DNA from: a virus | Lineage: Duplodnaviria > Caudoviricetes | Length of the DNA: 64,000 bases | Reading direction: 5' to 3' (one strand) | Virus record (IMG/VR): IMGVR_UViG_3300031088_000758 | In this document: positions 21,470 through 30,640 of the stretch, piece after piece | Layout: the number at the start of each line of letters is the position of its first letter | Position numbering within the stretch: the stretch's first letter is position 1 | The notes under the pieces: generated by a model | Told to the model about the DNA's origin: nothing | Database searches by the model: none | What the model saw: only the letters and a program-made list of their open reading frames with translations | Program-made: the position numbers and the translations under genes

Positions 21470-23401
21470 TTGGGTATGACTGAAAAGAAAATGCTATCTG
21501 ATTATCCTAAGCTTGTTAATGAATGGGACTATGAAAAGAACATTGGTTTAGATCCTCATGTGGAGTCTTTTTCGGGAAGAACTAAAATTTGGTGGAAGTG
21601 TTCTTTAAATCATTCCTGGATGTCCATTCTTAGTAATCGAATAAAAGGTTCTCAATGTCCTTATTGTTCAGGAAGCAAAATCTTAGCAGGTTTTAATGAT
21701 GTTTTTACTGTCTCACCGGAATTAATAAAAGAATGGGATTTTCAAAGAAACAATGAAATAAAAATTGACCCATTGACATTAGGTATTGGAAATCATGCAA
21801 AAGTATGGTGGAAATGCTCTAAGGAATTTCATTCTTATGAATCTTCTGTAGCTTCAAGGATTCGCGGAAGGTCTTGTCCTTACTGCTCCAATAAAAAGGT
21901 TCTTGTAGGTTTTAATGATCTTGCTACTCACAATCCAGAGCTTTTAGAAGAATGGGATTATGAAAAGAATTCTTTAAAACCAGAAGATATTACGCCTGGA
22001 TCTGATAAAGAAATTTATTGGATTTGTAATAAGAAACACTCTTATTTGATGTCAGCACAACGTAGGACTAATAAATCAAATTCTCGCGGGTGCTCTGTTT
22101 GTACAGGCAAAAATGTTGTAAGATCAACTTCTATATTAGATATGCCTGAAATATTGAAATTTTGGGATTTTGATCGTAATAAAGTTGATCCTATGACAGT
22201 TCTGCCAGGCAGCAATAAAAAATATTGGTGGGTCTTTGACTGTGGACATAGCTGCCAGAAATCTCCAAAGTCTATAAAAAATGGTTCAAAATGCCCTTAC
22301 TGTGCTGTTGGTAATACTCAGCTATTGGAAGGATACAATGATTTAGCTACAAAAGCTCCAAATCTTGTGGCTGAATGGAGTGAAAATAATAAAAACTTGC
22401 TACCTTCGAATTTTTTATCTGGTTCTAAGAAGAAAGTTTGGTGGAAGTGTCAAAAAGATCATGAATGGCAAGCTGTAATTGATAATAGATATAGGCGAGT
22501 CGCATCTTGTCCTCAATGTTCTTCTAAAGGAACTTCGAAATTAGAAAAGGAAGTTCAAAACTTTATAAGAAGTATTCTTCCAGGCTCAATTTCTGTTGTT
22601 TTTAACTCTTATCAAATAATTAAGCCACAAGAGCTTGATATTTACATTCCTGAGAAAAGGATAGCAATAGAGTTCAATGGTTTATATTGGCATAGTGAAG
22701 CAACAGGCAAGGATAGAAATTACCATTATGATAAATGGAAAAAATGCCAAGATCAGGGTATTCAATTAATCACTATATGGGAAGATGATTGGCGTAATAA
22801 TAGAAAGATTGTTGAGTCCATGTTGAAGCATAAGATTGGTTTTTCTGATAATATGAGAGTTTATGCTAGGAAGACTTATGCTAAATTAGTTGACAATTTT
22901 GAAGCAAAAAATTTCTTAAATTATCATCATATTCAGGGTTTTAAAAATATTACAAAGAGTTTTGGGTTATTTGACAAAAGTAATGATGTTTTAGTTGCTG
23001 TTATATCTTTTTCTGTTGATAAGAATGTAGCAAGTTTAGATAGGTATGCTACTTCTTTTTCAGTAGTTGGAGGTTTTACAAAGTTGTTGAATTATGCTGT
23101 TAATGAGATAAGAAAAAGCAATTCTGAAATTGATATTATTACAACTTTTGCTGATCATGAGGTCAGTGATGGTGGTTTGTACAAGAAGAATGGCTTCATT
23201 GTTGATTCTCATGTAAAGCCTGATTATAAGTATATTTATAAGAATCAGAGATGCCATAAATTTTTGTTTAGGAAGAAAAGATTCGAAAAAGATTCTGATT
23301 TAGTGTTTGATGAGAATATGACAGAGAAAGAGTTGGCGGATGTCAATAATATATATAGAGTTTGGGATTGCGGTAAAACCAAGTATGTGAAGAAAGTTTA
23401 A
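21470..23401 (+). CDS. Zinc-ribbon repeat protein with PD-(D/E)xK/Vsr-like nuclease (probable free-standing homing endonuclease) and C-terminal VYARK domain
   Basis: Five EW...WWxC..H.....CPxC repeats; ELDIYIP..IAIEFNGLYWH and IWEDDW. Confidence 0.75.
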   Translation: MGMTEKKMLSDYPKLVNEWDYEKNIGLDPHVESFSGRTKIWWKCSLNHSWMSILSNRIKGSQCPYCSGSKILAGFNDVFTVSPELIKEWDFQRNNEIKIDPLTLGIGNHAKVWWKCSKEFHSYESSVASRIRGRSCPYCSNKKVLVGFNDLATHNPELLEEWDYEKNSLKPEDITPGSDKEIYWICNKKHSYLMSAQRRTNKSNSRGCSVCTGKNVVRSTSILDMPEILKFWDFDRNKVDPMTVLPGSNKKYWWVFDCGHSCQKSPKSIKNGSKCPYCAVGNTQLLEGYNDLATKAPNLVAEWSENNKNLLPSNFLSGSKKKVWWKCQKDHEWQAVIDNRYRRVASCPQCSSKGTSKLEKEVQNFIRSILPGSISVVFNSYQIIKPQELDIYIPEKRIAIEFNGLYWHSEATGKDRNYHYDKWKKCQDQGIQLITIWEDDWRNNRKIVESMLKHKIGFSDNMRVYARKTYAKLVDNFEAKNFLNYHHIQGFKNITKSFGLFDKSNDVLVAVISFSVDKNVASLDRYATSFSVVGGFTKLLNYAVNEIRKSNSEIDIITTFADHEVSDGGLYKKNGFIVDSHVKPDYKYIYKNQRCHKFLFRKKRFEKDSDLVFDENMTEKELADVNNIYRVWDCGKTKYVKKV

Positions 23402-23470
23402 TTTACGGTTTGTTTTGCTAAGATATTAAAAGTATATTAGTAAACACTAAATGATGAGGATAGTAGATAT

Positions 23471-24298
23471 ATGAAAAATACTGATAATGTTGCATCATCT
23501 GATTATGATGAAGGTCATGCTTTGACCAATGCGCATAGTAAGCCTAAAAAAGTTATTGAAAAAGTTGTGGATGGGAAAAAGACGAAAATAATAATTGAAA
23601 AAAATTATCCTTTACGTAATGGTGTTATAGGTTTTGCTTCGTTCCCTTTGCTTATGATGTTCAGTGTCATTTTTGTTATACCTTTTGTGTTTTTAAACGC
23701 TTTTACTTTTGCTACTGGTTTGATTTTGACGATTGCTGCTGAAATTACAACTATTTTAATAGCTTTGAAATATACTGATTCGTTGAAAGATTGGAGAACA
23801 AAATTAAGATTGCGTAATTTCGGGTGGAAAACTTTGCTTCTTGGGTTTGTTCTAGGTATATTCATGTACCTTCTGCTTCAAGCGTTGGCTATTATTTCAG
23901 CTTCATTAGGTTTCCCTGTTCAATCATCTGAGACTAGTGTTTCTTTGGGTGGCTTAGCTGGTTGGGAAAGAGTAATACTACTCTATATTGCAGCACCTTT
24001 TATTGTTCCTATGATTGAGGAAATTTTTTTCAGAGGATACACAATGGGATTCATTCAAGATGCTTTTAAAAACCCTAAGATTGGAGCATGGGTTGGTGTT
24101 ATTGTATCTTCTCTTGTTTTCGGTTTAGCGCATGTTCAAGGCTTTAGTAGTTATGGGGATATATTCTTAGTCTGCTGGACAACAATAATCGCTTTTGTTA
24201 ATGCTTTGTTAATGTTGAAGTTCAAATCTTTGTATCCTTCTTTTGCTTTGCATATGGGGTACAACGGTATTACCGTATTATCAACTATCTTCCTATGA
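23471..24298 (+). CDS. CPBP/CAAX-family (Abi) intramembrane protease
   Basis: EEIFFRG, FGLAH, HMGYN motifs; multiple TM. Confidence 0.88.
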   Translation: MKNTDNVASSDYDEGHALTNAHSKPKKVIEKVVDGKKTKIIIEKNYPLRNGVIGFASFPLLMMFSVIFVIPFVFLNAFTFATGLILTIAAEITTILIALKYTDSLKDWRTKLRLRNFGWKTLLLGFVLGIFMYLLLQALAIISASLGFPVQSSETSVSLGGLAGWERVILLYIAAPFIVPMIEEIFFRGYTMGFIQDAFKNPKIGAWVGVIVSSLVFGLAHVQGFSSYGDIFLVCWTTIIAFVNALLMLKFKSLYPSFALHMGYNGITVLSTIFL

Positions 24299-24392
24299 TT
24301 TAAATTTTCTCAGCGTTTTTAAAGTTTCTAAAATATGTTTAAGGCCCCTGGCTCATAAAACGAGGTTTTACAAAAAACTTTTCAAATAAACA

Positions 24393-24445
24393 AATTTACC
24401 CTCCTAAAAGCTTGCTATTTAACGAAGCTTTTAGGAGGGTAAATT
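24393..24445. terminator. Bidirectional terminator between convergent units
   Basis: aatttaccctcctaaaagctt ... aagcttttaggagggtaaatt (21-bp stem). Confidence 0.75.
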
Positions 24446-24512
24446 GTAAGCGATTATCAGGCTTAGAGAGATTATAAATATTTCTTTAAATTTAATCGAA
24501 TTAATGTTTATT

Positions 24513-25085
24513 TTAACACTTTGATTGTACCCTATTCACTTTTGTTTCTTCACGTATCTTTTTGAGCAATCTTAGTCTATCTTCTAACTGTTGTATTTCA
24601 TTATCTCCGTAGTACAGATAATGCAACCTTCGAGAGCGTTTCTTGTCTTTATATATGTCTTTTCGTAATTCTTTCAAATAAACTGAGAAAGGTTGACGTA
24701 TGTTATTTTGGTGTAAGTAGAAATGGTATTTATCGTGTGAAAGAGTAGGGTGTTCTTTATGTGTAAAGCGGATATACCCATTATCTAATGTTTCAATAGT
24801 ATAATCATTAAAATCTTTAATAAAGATCCAATTGAAATGTCCGCGACCAGTGTTTATGTAAGATAATGTTTGTGTTGAATCTTTTATCGGATTATAGTAT
24901 CGTAAATTACCGTTTTTGTCTTCTATTGCATTGTATGATTTTTTTGCAAGGTTCAAACATACTTGTTGTAATTCTGAAATTCTTTTTACAACATCTCTTA
25001 TCGTTAAATCATGTGTGTAGGACTGGTGGGGAGCTTCATCCTTAATGATGAACTTTGTAGTACTGGTTTCTTTAACATTGTTCAT
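24513..25085 (-). CDS. Hypothetical protein (4th gene of the Pth operon)
   Basis: ORF; ATGA overlap with the upstream gene. Confidence 0.7.
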   Translation of the reverse strand: MNNVKETSTTKFIIKDEAPHQSYTHDLTIRDVVKRISELQQVCLNLAKKSYNAIEDKNGNLRYYNPIKDSTQTLSYINTGRGHFNWIFIKDFNDYTIETLDNGYIRFTHKEHPTLSHDKYHFYLHQNNIRQPFSVYLKELRKDIYKDKKRSRRLHYLYYGDNEIQQLEDRLRLLKKIREETKVNRVQSKC

Positions 25086-25672
25086 TTTTTAATCTCTTTC
25101 TTGTAGTTTTCTTTTTGTGTCATTTCTTGTATGATTCTTGAAGCTTTTTGTTCTTGTTGAACCGTAATTTTTTCTTGAATTTTTTGTAGTTTTTGGTTTT
25201 CTCTGAGCAATTTTTCAATCATTTTTTCATTTTTTTTGATTTCTGAGACAGAGTTTTTACGAGTTTCTTCCTTCACTCTATCATTATGTTGTTTAATTTT
25301 TTGACGAATAAGTTTTGCGAAATCCCTATCACTCATATGGAAGAATTTGCGGGGAACTTTGAACTTCTTTACCTTGTCAGTGTTTCCGAGAAAGTATTCA
25401 AATTCAAAAATTTCTTCATAGGACGAAAAAGAATGTACTTTAAATCGTTGTATGTAATATAAGTTGAGTGTGAGGAATGAAAAATCATTTTCAAAAATTT
25501 TGTTTTTTGTCTCAAGGTCAACGTTTAACTTCCTCAAAATACTATTTGAAATAAGTATAAGATTTTCTACTTTTTTGTAAAGTAATTTATTAAATACACT
25601 CATTCTTTTTTCAATTTGTGCTTTTTCTTCTTGTAGCTTATTTATCTCTTTGAACTGTGATTTTATATTCAT
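25082..25672 (-). CDS. Hypothetical coiled-coil protein, paralogue of 25669..26202
   Basis: MSDRDFAKLIRQKIKQH versus LSNREFAKLVRQQIKKH; ATGA overlap. Confidence 0.7.
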   Translation of the reverse strand: MNIKSQFKEINKLQEEKAQIEKRMSVFNKLLYKKVENLILISNSILRKLNVDLETKNKIFENDFSFLTLNLYYIQRFKVHSFSSYEEIFEFEYFLGNTDKVKKFKVPRKFFHMSDRDFAKLIRQKIKQHNDRVKEETRKNSVSEIKKNEKMIEKLLRENQKLQKIQEKITVQQEQKASRIIQEMTQKENYKKEIKK

Positions 25673-26202
25673 GATGCTTGACCTGATTTCTTTTTCATTT
25701 TATACATATGATTAATTTCGCTTTCCAAAGCGTTTAAAGATTTTGTTTTATGTTTGAGGATTTCATCAAAATTTTGTAAAGTATTTTGTTGCTTTTGAAT
25801 TTTATGTTTTTTAATTTGCTGTCTGACTAATTTAGCAAATTCTCTGTTGCTAAGCTTTAACAATGATTGGGGAATATCCTGAATAAAGTCTTCGTTTCTT
25901 GACCTTGATAAAGTTCTTTTACGAAGGATAATCTCTATATAGTCATTATTTATACTTTGAATGCCAAAACGATATGCTGGTCTTATTGCTTCAGTATAAT
26001 TCAACCATTCTAGTTCTTCAGTGTGTATATTATTGTAATAATAAATACGGTTGTTTTTTCCAAAAGATTTTTTTCGTATTGAATTAGCTATACACATCAT
26101 TTCATGAAGCTTTTTGTTATAAAAATTCTCAATTTCGTAAATTTTTTCTTTACAATCGTTGTAATTATTAATCATTTGTTGGGTTTTAGTGTTATTTTTC
26201 AT
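25669..26202 (-). CDS. Hypothetical coiled-coil protein
   Basis: ORF whose ATG overlaps the TGA of the Pth-like gene. Confidence 0.7.
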   Translation of the reverse strand: MKNNTKTQQMINNYNDCKEKIYEIENFYNKKLHEMMCIANSIRKKSFGKNNRIYYYNNIHTEELEWLNYTEAIRPAYRFGIQSINNDYIEIILRKRTLSRSRNEDFIQDIPQSLLKLSNREFAKLVRQQIKKHKIQKQQNTLQNFDEILKHKTKSLNALESEINHMYKMKKKSGQAS

Positions 26203-26579
26203 TGTTCTACCTCTTCTTCGTTGTGGAAAGATTTACCAGCCAAAGGAAGGCGTGACAATAATCTCCGATTAGCTGTATGTGGTACAAACGCTAAAGAGGT
26301 GATTGAGTAATTTAAATCAGGTTCTCGGAAACATATAACATCGAGTTTTTTGTTTTGCGCTTCTTCATATAATTCTACAAGGGATTTTTCATCTTGTGTT
26401 TCAAGCGCAACTATATATTGGCTATTATTGTGCCATTTTGAGAATTCATTTGGTCTATAAATAGAAAAATCAGCGATAGCATGACTTATCTGAGCGATTT
26501 TATAGCCAGAAGTCAGATCACTGTGTGTAATTAAGTAGAGGGGTAATCTTGATTTGTTAGATTCGTAAGCCTAGGTCAT
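26199..26579 (-). CDS. Pth2-family peptidyl-tRNA hydrolase with an in-frame amber (TAG) at codon 3; absent from the ORF track
   Basis: Manual translation: MT*AYESNKSRLPLYLITHSDLTSGYKIAQISHAIADF...KWHNNSQYIVALET...FREPDLNYSITSLAFVP...LLSRLPLAG. AAAGGA SD upstream of ATG 26579; no later ATG/GTG/TTG before the conserved core. Confidence 0.8.
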
Positions 26580-26634
26580 TTTGAGTATTTCCTTTTCAGT
26601 AGTGTTAGTGTTTAGTGAAAATATTTTATTTTCG

Positions 26635-26706
26635 TGCTTCTGGTCAGAATTGAACTGACTAATAGCGGGTTTAGAGTCCGCTGCTTATCCATTTAGCATC
26701 AGAAGC
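26635..26706 (-). tRNA. tRNA with CUA anticodon (amber suppressor / Pyl-like); CCA not encoded
   Basis: GCTTCTG/CAGAAGC acceptor stem; GCT/AGC D-stem with GG in the loop; GCGGA-CTCTAAA-CCCGC anticodon arm (one A-C mismatch); GTCAG-TTCAATT-CTGAC T arm; discriminator A. Confidence 0.88.
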
Positions 26707-26741
26707 ATAGTAAAAAATGCCATTTTTAACATCTTTTACTA

Positions 26742-26770
26742 ATTATATCAAAAGATTATTTATTTGTCAA
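26742..26770 (-). promoter_or_regulatory. Consensus sigma70/SigA promoter for the tRNA(CUA)-pth operon
   Basis: Minus strand TTGACA-17 bp-TATAAT with TG extension, about 35 nt upstream of the tRNA. Confidence 0.8.
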
Positions 26771-26773
26771 ATA

Positions 26774-27337
26774 TCAAGCCATGGATCCTAGTATGATAAT
26801 AAATACAAAGAAAACAAACCATAGAACTATAAAGAATAACTGAATACCAGAAACAATCAAGCCTACTAGCGAAAGTGTTTTTCCAGTAGAATCATTAGTG
26901 TTTTTTGATTCGTTATATCCCATCCAAGAAAGTATTAATCCTACTGGAAAGAATATAAAGCTGAATATTAAGCCTAATAATGCTTTAATATTCAGTTCTT
27001 GGTTTGGAGCACTATAGCTTGAAGAGTAGGAACTCGAAGCCGTTCCTGGCTGTGTCCATTCTGGCGCGTTGTATTGTGCCTGTGGCGGGTTTTCTTCGTA
27101 TGGGTCAGAAGAAGGGCTATTATGGCTTGTAGGCTCGTTTTGAGAGGTATGAGAAGTCTCTGGTGAAGAACCTATACTATCTGAATAATTGTCAGGGTAA
27201 GAATTCGGTTGTACATAAGATGGTGCTGAATTCGCTGAGCTAAACATTTCATTATCATAATTTGGTAAATTTTGAGGAGTATGATTTTCTTTATTCGTGC
27301 TCTCACCATTGTTGTTATATGTATTGGGTTGTGTCAT
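26774..27337 (-). CDS. DUF4190-like membrane protein
   Basis: Pro/Ser/Asn-rich N-terminus, then ALLGLIFSFIFFPVGLILSWMG...GKTLSLVGLIVS. Confidence 0.75.
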   Translation of the reverse strand: MTQPNTYNNNGESTNKENHTPQNLPNYDNEMFSSANSAPSYVQPNSYPDNYSDSIGSSPETSHTSQNEPTSHNSPSSDPYEENPPQAQYNAPEWTQPGTASSSYSSSYSAPNQELNIKALLGLIFSFIFFPVGLILSWMGYNESKNTNDSTGKTLSLVGLIVSGIQLFFIVLWFVFFVFIIILGSMA

Positions 27338-27387
27338 ATATTCCTCCTTAATTGATTATAAAGTTATGTTTTGTAATATCTTTAAAA

Positions 27388-27732
27388 TCAATTATATTCG
27401 CCAATGTAGTCTTCTTTGTTGATTTTTTCAATTTCATTCAGGTTTTTTCGAGAATTATTGTTTAATTCTTTAAACTCTTCTATTAATTGAATTGCTGTTG
27501 CCTTAATATCTGAAGGTTGAGTTACCTCTAGCAAACTATCAGTCATATAATTGCTTGTTCTTGTATTATAGAATTCGGGCAATGGTCTGGGAATAATCGC
27601 ACTGAGGATAGCTTCTTTTGTGTCATTCCTCCGTAGCGACATGATCAACCATCCTTTGCCAAAATTCTCTATTTTAAAATAATGGTTTTCTGGTGGTTTT
27701 TCAATTACTAATTGCATTTTTCGTCCTTTCAT
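27388..27732 (-). CDS. Hypothetical protein
   Basis: ORF within an operon. Confidence 0.6.
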   Translation of the reverse strand: MKGRKMQLVIEKPPENHYFKIENFGKGWLIMSLRRNDTKEAILSAIIPRPLPEFYNTRTSNYMTDSLLEVTQPSDIKATAIQLIEEFKELNNNSRKNLNEIEKINKEDYIGEYN

Positions 27733-28469
27733 GATGATTGGCGAAGTGGTGGATAAATTTCTTTAGCATTACCTGCTTTGTAAAGTTGAGATTCTCTGCC
27801 ACCTTCAATTTTTGATGAACGTTTGTCATCAACGGATTCAAGTAAGTGAGGAACGCTTTGGATTTTTCGTCTAAAGTTGCTTGGAACAATTTTTTCGCCC
27901 CAGACGATTTCGTATACTTTTCTAAGTTCGCTAATTGTAAAAGTATCATCATCTAAGAAATGGTGAGCCACAGGTGCGTACTCAATTTTTGATCTGACTC
28001 GGTTTAGTCCATCTTCTATAATTGTTTTATGGTCAAATGCTAATTCAAAATCTTCAAGAACGTCTTCCACAGCAAAGAAACGCGCTTCATCAGCATCATC
28101 TCCAGCTTTAGGTGTGCTAGCATGAGGAATAAGAGCTACATAGGCTGTTGATATGACGTATCCACGAGGATCCCGAACTGGGCTTCCGTATGTCTTTAAT
28201 TGTTCAAGATATCCATCAGCAATTTTTAAATTAGTTTCTTCGACTAATTCACGAGCAGCAGCTTCATCGAGATTTTCTTTTGTATCTACAAAACCACCAG
28301 GTAATGCCCATTTTCCTTTGTGTGGATGTCCTCCGCGCTTTACAAGAAGTATAGATAGTTGATTATTCCTGATTGTAAAGATAGCAAGATCAACAGTACC
28401 AGCAATAGTAGGATATTTGCTCATATCGTAATTTTTAAGAAACTCTTCTTCTGTGATTTCGGTGTTCAT
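27729..28469 (-). CDS. NrtR-like Nudix hydrolase / winged-helix regulator
   Basis: WALPGGF, AAARELVEET, RDPRG, LAFDH; C-terminal FTISELRKVYE...SNFRRK. Confidence 0.88.
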   Translation of the reverse strand: MNTEITEEEFLKNYDMSKYPTIAGTVDLAIFTIRNNQLSILLVKRGGHPHKGKWALPGGFVDTKENLDEAAARELVEETNLKIADGYLEQLKTYGSPVRDPRGYVISTAYVALIPHASTPKAGDDADEARFFAVEDVLEDFELAFDHKTIIEDGLNRVRSKIEYAPVAHHFLDDDTFTISELRKVYEIVWGEKIVPSNFRRKIQSVPHLLESVDDKRSSKIEGGRESQLYKAGNAKEIYPPLRQSS

Positions 28470-28499
28470 TGTAATTCTCCGTATCTTCGATTTATCTGA

Positions 28500-29024
28500 T
28501 CAGTATACTTTAGTTTTGTTAATAATATTGTCTTTGTTTAAAATCCAGAAATTTGCTTGTATGTATCGAGATTTTTCAACTTTAAAAATTCTTTTCCATG
28601 ATTCTTCTTTAAGGTTTCCAGTAAGATTGAAATAATATTCGAAGGATTCTTCATCATCCTCATTTTCTGGGATACCTATGTCGTTTAACACATAATGCCA
28701 TTTGTCAAAGTCAGATAATAAAACTTCTTTATCAGGTATTTCAACTTCTAATATGTAATCATTTTTTGTCAAATTTTTGTAATATGAAGTTCTTCTATCT
28801 ATTTTATAAGGTTTTCCACGATAAGTGTGCCATGCCCATATAGGATAGGTTATTTCTTCGTTGCTTTTGGGAATTGAAGAATTCATTATTTTGGATAACC
28901 ATTTATAAGAGTTTTCAAATTCGCATTCTTGAATAAGTTCTGATTTTTCTGGATCACATATGAAATAATTCTTTTCATCAATTTCTTGAATTACTGCTTC
29001 GGGTTGAATAGTGAATAGTCTCAT
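28500..29024 (-). CDS. DUF3841-like protein
   Basis: YPIWAW, VLLSDFDKWHYVLN, SWKRIF, IQANFW. Confidence 0.75.
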   Translation of the reverse strand: MRLFTIQPEAVIQEIDEKNYFICDPEKSELIQECEFENSYKWLSKIMNSSIPKSNEEITYPIWAWHTYRGKPYKIDRRTSYYKNLTKNDYILEVEIPDKEVLLSDFDKWHYVLNDIGIPENEDDEESFEYYFNLTGNLKEESWKRIFKVEKSRYIQANFWILNKDNIINKTKVY

Positions 29025-29206
29025 TCTAAACCTCCGTCATCAATACCTTTCCAGTAGGGTATTGATGATTGCGATTTTATTTCTTCATGCCATTTTATAT
29101 GTTGTTTTCGAGCGGGAGTTATTGATCCACATATCAAACATATGAACAGCTTAGTTTCTTTCTCCGTTTTTGGGTTTATCTTAGGAAGTTCTTTAAACTC
29201 AACCAT
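29021..29206 (-). CDS. Small C2H2-type zinc-finger protein
   Basis: CLICG...HIKWH. Confidence 0.55.
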   Translation of the reverse strand: MVEFKELPKINPKTEKETKLFICLICGSITPARKQHIKWHEEIKSQSSIPYWKGIDDGGLE

Positions 29207-29221
29207 ATCACAATCACAACC

Positions 29222-29767
29222 TTATTCGTTATTCATTTTCCTATTATCATCAATTTTTTGTTGAATCTCTTTGTAGATTTCAGGATCAAATTCAGGAATA
29301 TTTAATTCATGGTTTTTGAAAATATTAGTTCTTTCTTCCATTATAAGTATTTCTTCATGTGCTTTTTGTACATTGTTAGCAAGCTCAAAAGATTGTCCAA
29401 AGTTTCCTTCGTTAACGTATTTAGTGTATTGCGCGAATACTTCATTAAAATTATTCAATGTTTTTTCAGAGTCAAGTTTAGGGTCATAATTGATATGAAT
29501 CAAAACTTGTTTAACAGCGTCTTCTTTTACCCCAGAAGCACCATTCGGTAGTCTTACTATTTGTTCTAGTCCATGTTTTGCAATTAGTGGTTTGAGAAGG
29601 TGTGGAAAATTAGTTTCTTCATTTGGAAAAGTATCAATGTTTACACCTATCCATCCACAGGAACAAGAAGGATGGTATTGAGGAGGTTCTCCCCATCCAA
29701 GTACATTTATAACTGCTTTGTGCTGAGAATCGTTGCTTATGTATTCATTGTTGGACATTTTTACCAT
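29222..29767 (-). CDS. Hypothetical protein (CSCGW motif)
   Basis: ORF with SD. Confidence 0.6.
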   Translation of the reverse strand: MVKMSNNEYISNDSQHKAVINVLGWGEPPQYHPSCSCGWIGVNIDTFPNEETNFPHLLKPLIAKHGLEQIVRLPNGASGVKEDAVKQVLIHINYDPKLDSEKTLNNFNEVFAQYTKYVNEGNFGQSFELANNVQKAHEEILIMEERTNIFKNHELNIPEFDPEIYKEIQQKIDDNRKMNNE

Positions 29768-29789
29768 CCTTCTTGTTCCTGTTTTATGC

Positions 29790-30365
29790 TCAGATTACTT
29801 TAATGCCGTTTTCAGGAAGATCGTAATCTAATGAGTTATCCACTCGATCTGAATCAATCCCCACAGTATAATCAGACCAAACAGTTGTATTAAATCCTTC
29901 TTGAGCTGCATCAAGAGCTGTAGCTTTTACACAATGCTCAGTAGCAATTCCTACAACAGTTACATCAGATACTTCAAGGACACGAAGAACTTCGGTTAGA
30001 GTTTGTCCCTCTACTGTCTGTCCCTCAAATCCTGAGTAAGCAGCTTCGTACATTCCTTTACGAATATTGATATGAGGAACAGATTCTAAAGCCTTCTGTA
30101 AAACTGGCACAATTTCTGAGCCTTTTTCTTCGGCAACACAATGAACCGGCCAGGTGTCCACAAAATCAGGATTCTCGGAGAAATGTGTTCCTGGGTCAAT
30201 ATGCCAGTCTTGAGTAACTACAATGTGATCAAACATCTTTTGGAAAGTGTGAGGAACTTTGTCTGCTAAACGCTCAGCAACAAGTGTTCCACCATCAACA
30301 GCCAATGAACCACCCTCAACAAAATCATTTTGGACATCTACAATAATAAGCGCATTTTTAGTCAT
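29790..30365 (-). CDS. pncA: Nicotinamidase / pyrazinamidase
   Basis: VDVQNDFVEGGSL, QDWH, WPVHC, YSGF, GIATEHCVKATALDA. Confidence 0.95.
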   Translation of the reverse strand: MTKNALIIVDVQNDFVEGGSLAVDGGTLVAERLADKVPHTFQKMFDHIVVTQDWHIDPGTHFSENPDFVDTWPVHCVAEEKGSEIVPVLQKALESVPHINIRKGMYEAAYSGFEGQTVEGQTLTEVLRVLEVSDVTVVGIATEHCVKATALDAAQEGFNTTVWSDYTVGIDSDRVDNSLDYDLPENGIKVI

Positions 30366-30415
30366 GATAATTTATCTCCTTTTTAAATTAAACAATAATA
30401 TATTTTTATATTTTC

Positions 30416-30640
30416 TTACATTTCTTCGATGTAGTCATCCATATAAGACCTAAGCAAACTCAAATCAGAACGTAAATTTTCGTATTTTTCTGTAATTTGT
30501 TTAACAAGTTCAAAGAATTCTGGGTTCTCTTCTTCTTCAAGCATTGTATGATTCATACCGTATTCTGTAAAACCATAATCTATACCTTCATATTCAAGTT
30601 TGCTACAGAAGTCTCGAACACTCATCTTTGCATCATTCAT
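30416..30640 (-). CDS. Hypothetical protein
   Basis: Short ORF overlapped with the upstream gene. Confidence 0.6.
   Translation of the reverse strand: MNDAKMSVRDFCSKLEYEGIDYGFTEYGMNHTMLEEEENPEFFELVKQITEKYENLRSDLSLLRSYMDDYIEEM

Noticed and set aside
26104-26310. Plus-strand 68-aa ORF from the track
   Set aside because: Antisense shadow of the Pth-like gene and its downstream neighbour.
26635-26706. Pyrrolysine system
   Set aside because: No pylS/pylBCD in the window, and the T-loop is canonical TTC, unlike typical tRNA-Pyl.
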